Positions 59,858 through 64,000 of a stretch of 64,000 nt of DNA are shown piece after piece. The position numbers and the translations under genes are program-made. How positions within the stretch are numbered: the first letter of the stretch is position 1; each line of letters begins with the position of its first letter. Source of the stretch: Eukaryota sp. GEM-RC1 (lineage: Eukaryota); contig JAUFOQ010000004.1 of assembly GCA_040285855.1 (NCBI GenBank), positions 1,798,001 through 1,862,000 of the forward strand, written 5' to 3'. The notes below the pieces were generated by a model, which saw only the letters and a list, made by a program, of their open reading frames with translations, made no database searches and was not told the origin of the DNA.

Positions 59858-59960
59858 TATATAGTCAAGATACTCACAGAATAAGAGAGAAGATTTCACA
59901 CTAATTTTCAGTTTTCTAAAAGATGACGGACTTATAAATTTGTTAAATATGTGTACGTAA

Positions 59961-60457
59961 TAGAGCTGGGCATTCGACTAGACTAGTCACCTGACTACGG
60001 ACTAGACTAGGCTTTTGGTCTAAATTGTAATGTGCTCACTTAGTCTTAGTCTAGTCTGTAGTCTGTTCATTATAAATTAGTGTAATCATTAGTCTATTAT
60101 TTTTAACACAAGTTCTGAACGTCCAGACTTTATCTACAACCATTCTCCTCGAAACAGATGGAACGGTCACCAACTCTATAAGCCAGCAGCAAGTGGCAAA
60201 CAATAGCACTGCCTCCTTTGTACGCCATCCAGCGCTTGTTTGTTTAAAGTCTTGGGCTGATGGTGCCTTCGATGTAGTTGACTTTTAGTGTTTCAGTAGA
60301 ATATTTTGTTATTAATTCATATTTGGACAAAACTATTTAGTCTACTATTTAGAAACAGTTTATAGATGAGGGCACAACAATACCAATCATAATAAAAACT
60401 ATTTAGTATCTTGCTCTCGTCTAAGTTTAGTCGGTAGTCAGTCTGTGTCCAGCTCTA
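59961..60457 (+). mobile_element. Non-autonomous hAT element
   Basis: TIR TAGAGCTGG(G/A)CA; 8-bp TSD GTACGTAA / GTACGTAC (7/8); GACTA/TAGTC subterminal repeats; LVCLKSW relic of the hAT C-terminus at ~60235-60256. Confidence 0.85.
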
Positions 60458-60607
60458 GTACGTACCTCTATGTACATATGTAATATTATATCCATGTTGA
60501 TCTTTTGTTTATCTACAAAGAGTGCAGTCAACGCTGTTTGATCAATGGACCAAAGTTTGATGCTAGTTGGTGGTGAATAATACACACACAACAAGGCAAC
60601 CCACTTC

Positions 60608-60650
60608 TAGAGATGGGCAACGACTGGCTTAGTCGAGTCGAGTTGGCTAT
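60608..60650 (+). mobile_element. Orphan hAT-like terminus
   Basis: TAGAGATGGGCAACGACT...AGTCGAGTCGAG resembles the TIRs at 20861 and 59961; no partner end found. Confidence 0.4.
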
Positions 60651-61153
60651 AGTTCGAACTACAATTGGACAATTGAAGTCACTTGAACCTTACTCAGTGT
60701 TTTCACCATAACTCAATATTGATGTATGTGTTTGATTACTATATATGGTTGCCTACAATTGGAAGCTTTCATTTTATTTAGTGATCAGTAGAGAGATTCT
60801 TCCTTGTTAATACAACAATACTCATGACAATAAATATATTTGATGGGGAATTGTGATTAATAAAAAAAGGAAACCAACATAGCAGTTATCTTTCCTTTTC
60901 AAAGTTAATTTTTGAGATATTGTTATAATCAACACGGTTGTGGTGTTGGATATTAAATACAATATCATTATTGTTCAAATACTATACATGATGTCTGCTT
61001 TCCAATTACTTGACTTTTGAACAAAAGAAGAACACATGTGGCTGGTGAGTGACCGCAATAGAATGCATCAATGTTGCGAGAAACGTTTACAGACGTTTAA
61101 TTAGGTTACATCATAAAATTGTACATATTCTAAAAAAATGGAACACACAAAAA

Positions 61154-61993
61154 TTAAAAGCAAAGCCTATAATCATATATAGACTTAAGGTGCTGTTTTG
61201 TTTCATTGTCAATAGGGTTAGCATATAGATGGATACCAGAAACAGACGAATTCACATTCAAAGCCTCTGCAAAGGCAATAGCACCTTGGTTCCCAATTAA
61301 GCTATCATGGAGATTGATAGTAGAAACAGAAGAATTGACCTTTAAAGCGTCCGCCAGTGCTATAGCACCTGCATCTCCAATGTAGTTGGTGCCTAGATAG
61401 AGAACAGAAAGAGAAGAATTCACCTTTAAGGCCTCTGCAATTGCAATCGCACCTTCATCTCTTATAGAGTTGCCTGATAGATGAATCGTAGTTACAGAAG
61501 AGTTCTGCATTAAAGCTTCTGCAATTGCTATAGCTCCTTCTTGTTCAATGAAGTTGGCACCAAAGGAGATAGTAGAAATCGATGAGTTCACCTTTAAGGC
61601 TTCTGCAATGGCAATAGCACCTTCATTTCCAATGGAGTTTCCACCAAAATTGATATCACAAACAGACGAATTCTTCTTCAAGGCTTTTGCAATTTCTATA
61701 GCTCCATCATCTCCAATACCGTTGCCGCCGAGATTGATGTTACAAACAGACGAATTGACCTTTAAAGCCTTTGCAATTGCTATAGAACCTTTCAGTCCAA
61801 TGGAGTTGCCAAACAGATCGAGCATAGTAACAGAAGAATTCTCCTTTAAGGCCTCAGAAATTGCTATAGCACCTTCATCTCCAATGGCGCCGTCACGGAG
61901 ATTGATGTGAGTAACCACATTTTCCATAATTTGATCATAACAGTTCATCAAGTTAGAATGCAATGTGCTCCATTCATCAGGAGGAAAAGCCAT
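61154..61993 (-). CDS. RNI-like (NLRC3-type) LRR-only protein
   Basis: About 9 regular 28-aa repeats (NSIGxEGAIAIAEALKVNSSV), a very short N-terminus and a RLCF C-terminal cap. Confidence 0.88.
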   Translation of the reverse strand: MAFPPDEWSTLHSNLMNCYDQIMENVVTHINLRDGAIGDEGAIAISEALKENSSVTMLDLFGNSIGLKGSIAIAKALKVNSSVCNINLGGNGIGDDGAIEIAKALKKNSSVCDINFGGNSIGNEGAIAIAEALKVNSSISTISFGANFIEQEGAIAIAEALMQNSSVTTIHLSGNSIRDEGAIAIAEALKVNSSLSVLYLGTNYIGDAGAIALADALKVNSSVSTINLHDSLIGNQGAIAFAEALNVNSSVSGIHLYANPIDNETKQHLKSIYDYRLCF

Positions 61994-62947
61994 GTGAAGA
62001 AAAGAGAATCAGCAAACACGTGTTTGACATTGTGGAGAACAAACTAAGGATGACGTCTTCCAGTCTTCTTTTTGAGTGGTTCTTTGATTGAATTACTTGG
62101 ACGTGGGTGTTATGTGTATGTTCTGGATATCAATAATTGTTACTTGTTATATTCTGTTGATCTCATACGATGTTTAAATCATGAGATTGGCTTCTGATTT
62201 GACTTGTAGTAGTAGATTCGCAACATATTCCATATTTGAAATCTGAATTCCAATAGTTATCACTTCACATACTCGTAAACTGTCCATGTTTCGGATTTAA
62301 CAAGAAATAACAATCATAAAAAGGAGTAACAATCCTCTCAGTAAATGAAGACAGTAAGTACGTTCTGAATTGGACCTTATCTCAACAGCAAAAGTATATT
62401 TAATGGTCTATCAGACAGCTCAAGTATATAATTTACATCAATTGAAAATGTGGTTTAATTTCAGGACTCCACTTTCGTTTACAATTCAGCTTTCTAGACT
62501 TAAATTTTGCTTGTAAAGTGTAAAGTTCATTAAAAAGTCTCGTGACTGTATAGACACTACAATAGAGACAACTATACAGTTCGCGTTCACCAATTTTTTA
62601 TCCTACTGATGTTACGTGTTATTAACTGAAGATGACGCGCCATCTATTCTAGTTTGAATTATTATCAATGCTTCAGTTTAATAAGGTATTCCTACCTCTT
62701 GGCAGCTGTATGCTATTATTTTGTTCCTATGATTACTCAATTTCGCAATATTTAGAGCAAATAATAAATCGAGTTTCAACCAATGTCATTGTTTCGTGTT
62801 TGCGGTCCACTAGACAGTGCCCATACACCATCAACGTATGACATTTGAACTTTTAGATAAGAGCGAACATTGATGTTGTGCATCTTCAGATGGTAATTGA
62901 TTTCTTATTGATTGTCGGTGATCACTGTTGTCATATGAATGTGAATT

Positions 62948-64000
62948 ATGTATGCGTATAAGTATGTAATTGAACTTTGCATGATGAGTTCTGCAGACAC
63001 AGATTCTCTTAGCCATGCTCTTAGTACTTCTTCAAGTTCCTGCTCTCCACTTACTTCCATTTCTTCGTTCCAGACACGTTCTACCAGTTCTATAAATCTA
63101 TCACAATCCTTGTTACTTTCTATCAATACTCACTTCATTAGAAGTCTGTTGAAGTCTTCACTTGAGGAATGTTGTATGTCTTCTTGTTATTCCCTGGAGA
63201 GTTCTCTACAAGCTCTACCCAATGTCTTTGACCATGTAGGTTCTGTGAGTCTAGGCTTCTTTGAATCAACATTAATAGCGGTCAAGGTGTTTCTTGAAAC
63301 AAACACGTTCATGTTAACTTCCAACGATCTTTTTCAACTTTCTGATGTCTCTTCTTTCTTTAAAGCAAATGTTCAATCTGTATTTCTTGAAGTCGCTGAG
63401 TCATTTGACATTCGATCCATTATGAACTATTCACATTGTATTTCTGTTCTATTTTTAGAAAGAGTACATCATCATATTGATTTTGATTTTCTCAGTCAGA
63501 GTTCGCCTTTTTTCCTTCCACGTCTCAAACGACTTGACGTCTATTCGCCTACTAAGTCTTCATTTACTTCTTTTTGTAAGAATCTAATGGTTAATTGTAC
63601 TGTTGAAATTTTAAATATTTCCGACTTTATTGGAGTTGAAGGTGCCAGAGCATTGGCTGAGTCATTAAAAGTTAGTTCTACGGTGAGGGAAATTAGTATG
63701 TCTGTAAACTCTATTGGTACTGAAGGTGCTATAGCTTTGGCTCAAGTTTTAAAATTCAATTTAACAATTTCTGCGATTTGTTTGAGATCTAACTCTATTG
63801 GTAACGGAGGTGCTGTGGCATTTGGAGACGCACTGAAAATGAATTCTAGTGTTGTGGATATTGATTTTGCTTCTAATTCTATTGGTTCCGAAGGTGCATC
63901 ATCACTAGCAGAAGCTTTGAAAGTAAATTCTACTGTTCTTCAAGTTGATCTAAAGAGAAACTCAATAGGGAATACCGGTGCTATTGCCCTAGCAAAAGCA
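62948..64000 (+). CDS. RNI-like LRR protein, paralogue of 54922-56100; runs off the window edge
   Basis: Manual translation is open from ATG 62948 (or 62981) to 64000: ...QALPNVFDHVGSVSLGFFESTLIAVKVFLETNTFM...PRLKRLDV...NSIGTEGAIALA. Missing from the ORF track because there is no stop in the window. Confidence 0.88.
   Translation, partial: MYAYKYVIELCMMSSADTDSLSHALSTSSSSCSPLTSISSFQTRSTSSINLSQSLLLSINTHFIRSLLKSSLEECCMSSCYSLESSLQALPNVFDHVGSVSLGFFESTLIAVKVFLETNTFMLTSNDLFQLSDVSSFFKANVQSVFLEVAESFDIRSIMNYSHCISVLFLERVHHHIDFDFLSQSSPFFLPRLKRLDVYSPTKSSFTSFCKNLMVNCTVEILNISDFIGVEGARALAESLKVSSTVREISMSVNSIGTEGAIALAQVLKFNLTISAICLRSNSIGNGGAVAFGDALKMNSSVVDIDFASNSIGSEGASSLAEALKVNSTVLQVDLKRNSIGNTGAIALAKA

Noticed and set aside
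54950..61910. ORFs antisense to the LRR genes (54950, 55436, 61548; also 54270)
   Set aside because: Shadows of repetitive LRR codon patterns.

Overview
AT-rich, gene-dense eukaryotic DNA from a protist-like genome. It has a tRNA-Ser with a Pol III terminator, SmB, RPA43, importin-9, an ATG18/WIPI protein and ultrashort (29 and 33 nt) GT-AG introns; the organism cannot be identified from the sequence alone. The assembly appears to carry many single-base homopolymer indels, so many ORFs in the track are pieces of longer genes. Layout: (i) 1-5.4 kb mobile DNA: the 5' end of a putative LTR retrotransposon with a 91-bp LTR, no tRNA primer-binding site and a >736-codon ORF missing from the ORF track, then a pogo-type DD35D transposon ending 5 bp upstream of tRNA-Ser(AGA); (ii) 5.5-25 kb housekeeping genes (IPO9, a TmcB-like membrane protein, a degenerate-ubiquitin-eS31 fusion, ATG18/WIPI, START-domain protein, SmB, RPA43) mixed with hAT derivatives, solo LTRs and relics of an RLE-type non-LTR retroelement; (iii) 27.1-51.7 kb, one giant (~8,200 codon) surface receptor-like gene with 3 LamG domains, beta-helix-like repeats, Cys-rich repeats and a multi-pass C-terminus; (iv) 53-64 kb, four RNI/NLRC3-like LRR genes around a RING-kinase gene carrying a 150-bp tandem array. 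All protein assignments come from motif recognition by eye, not database searches.
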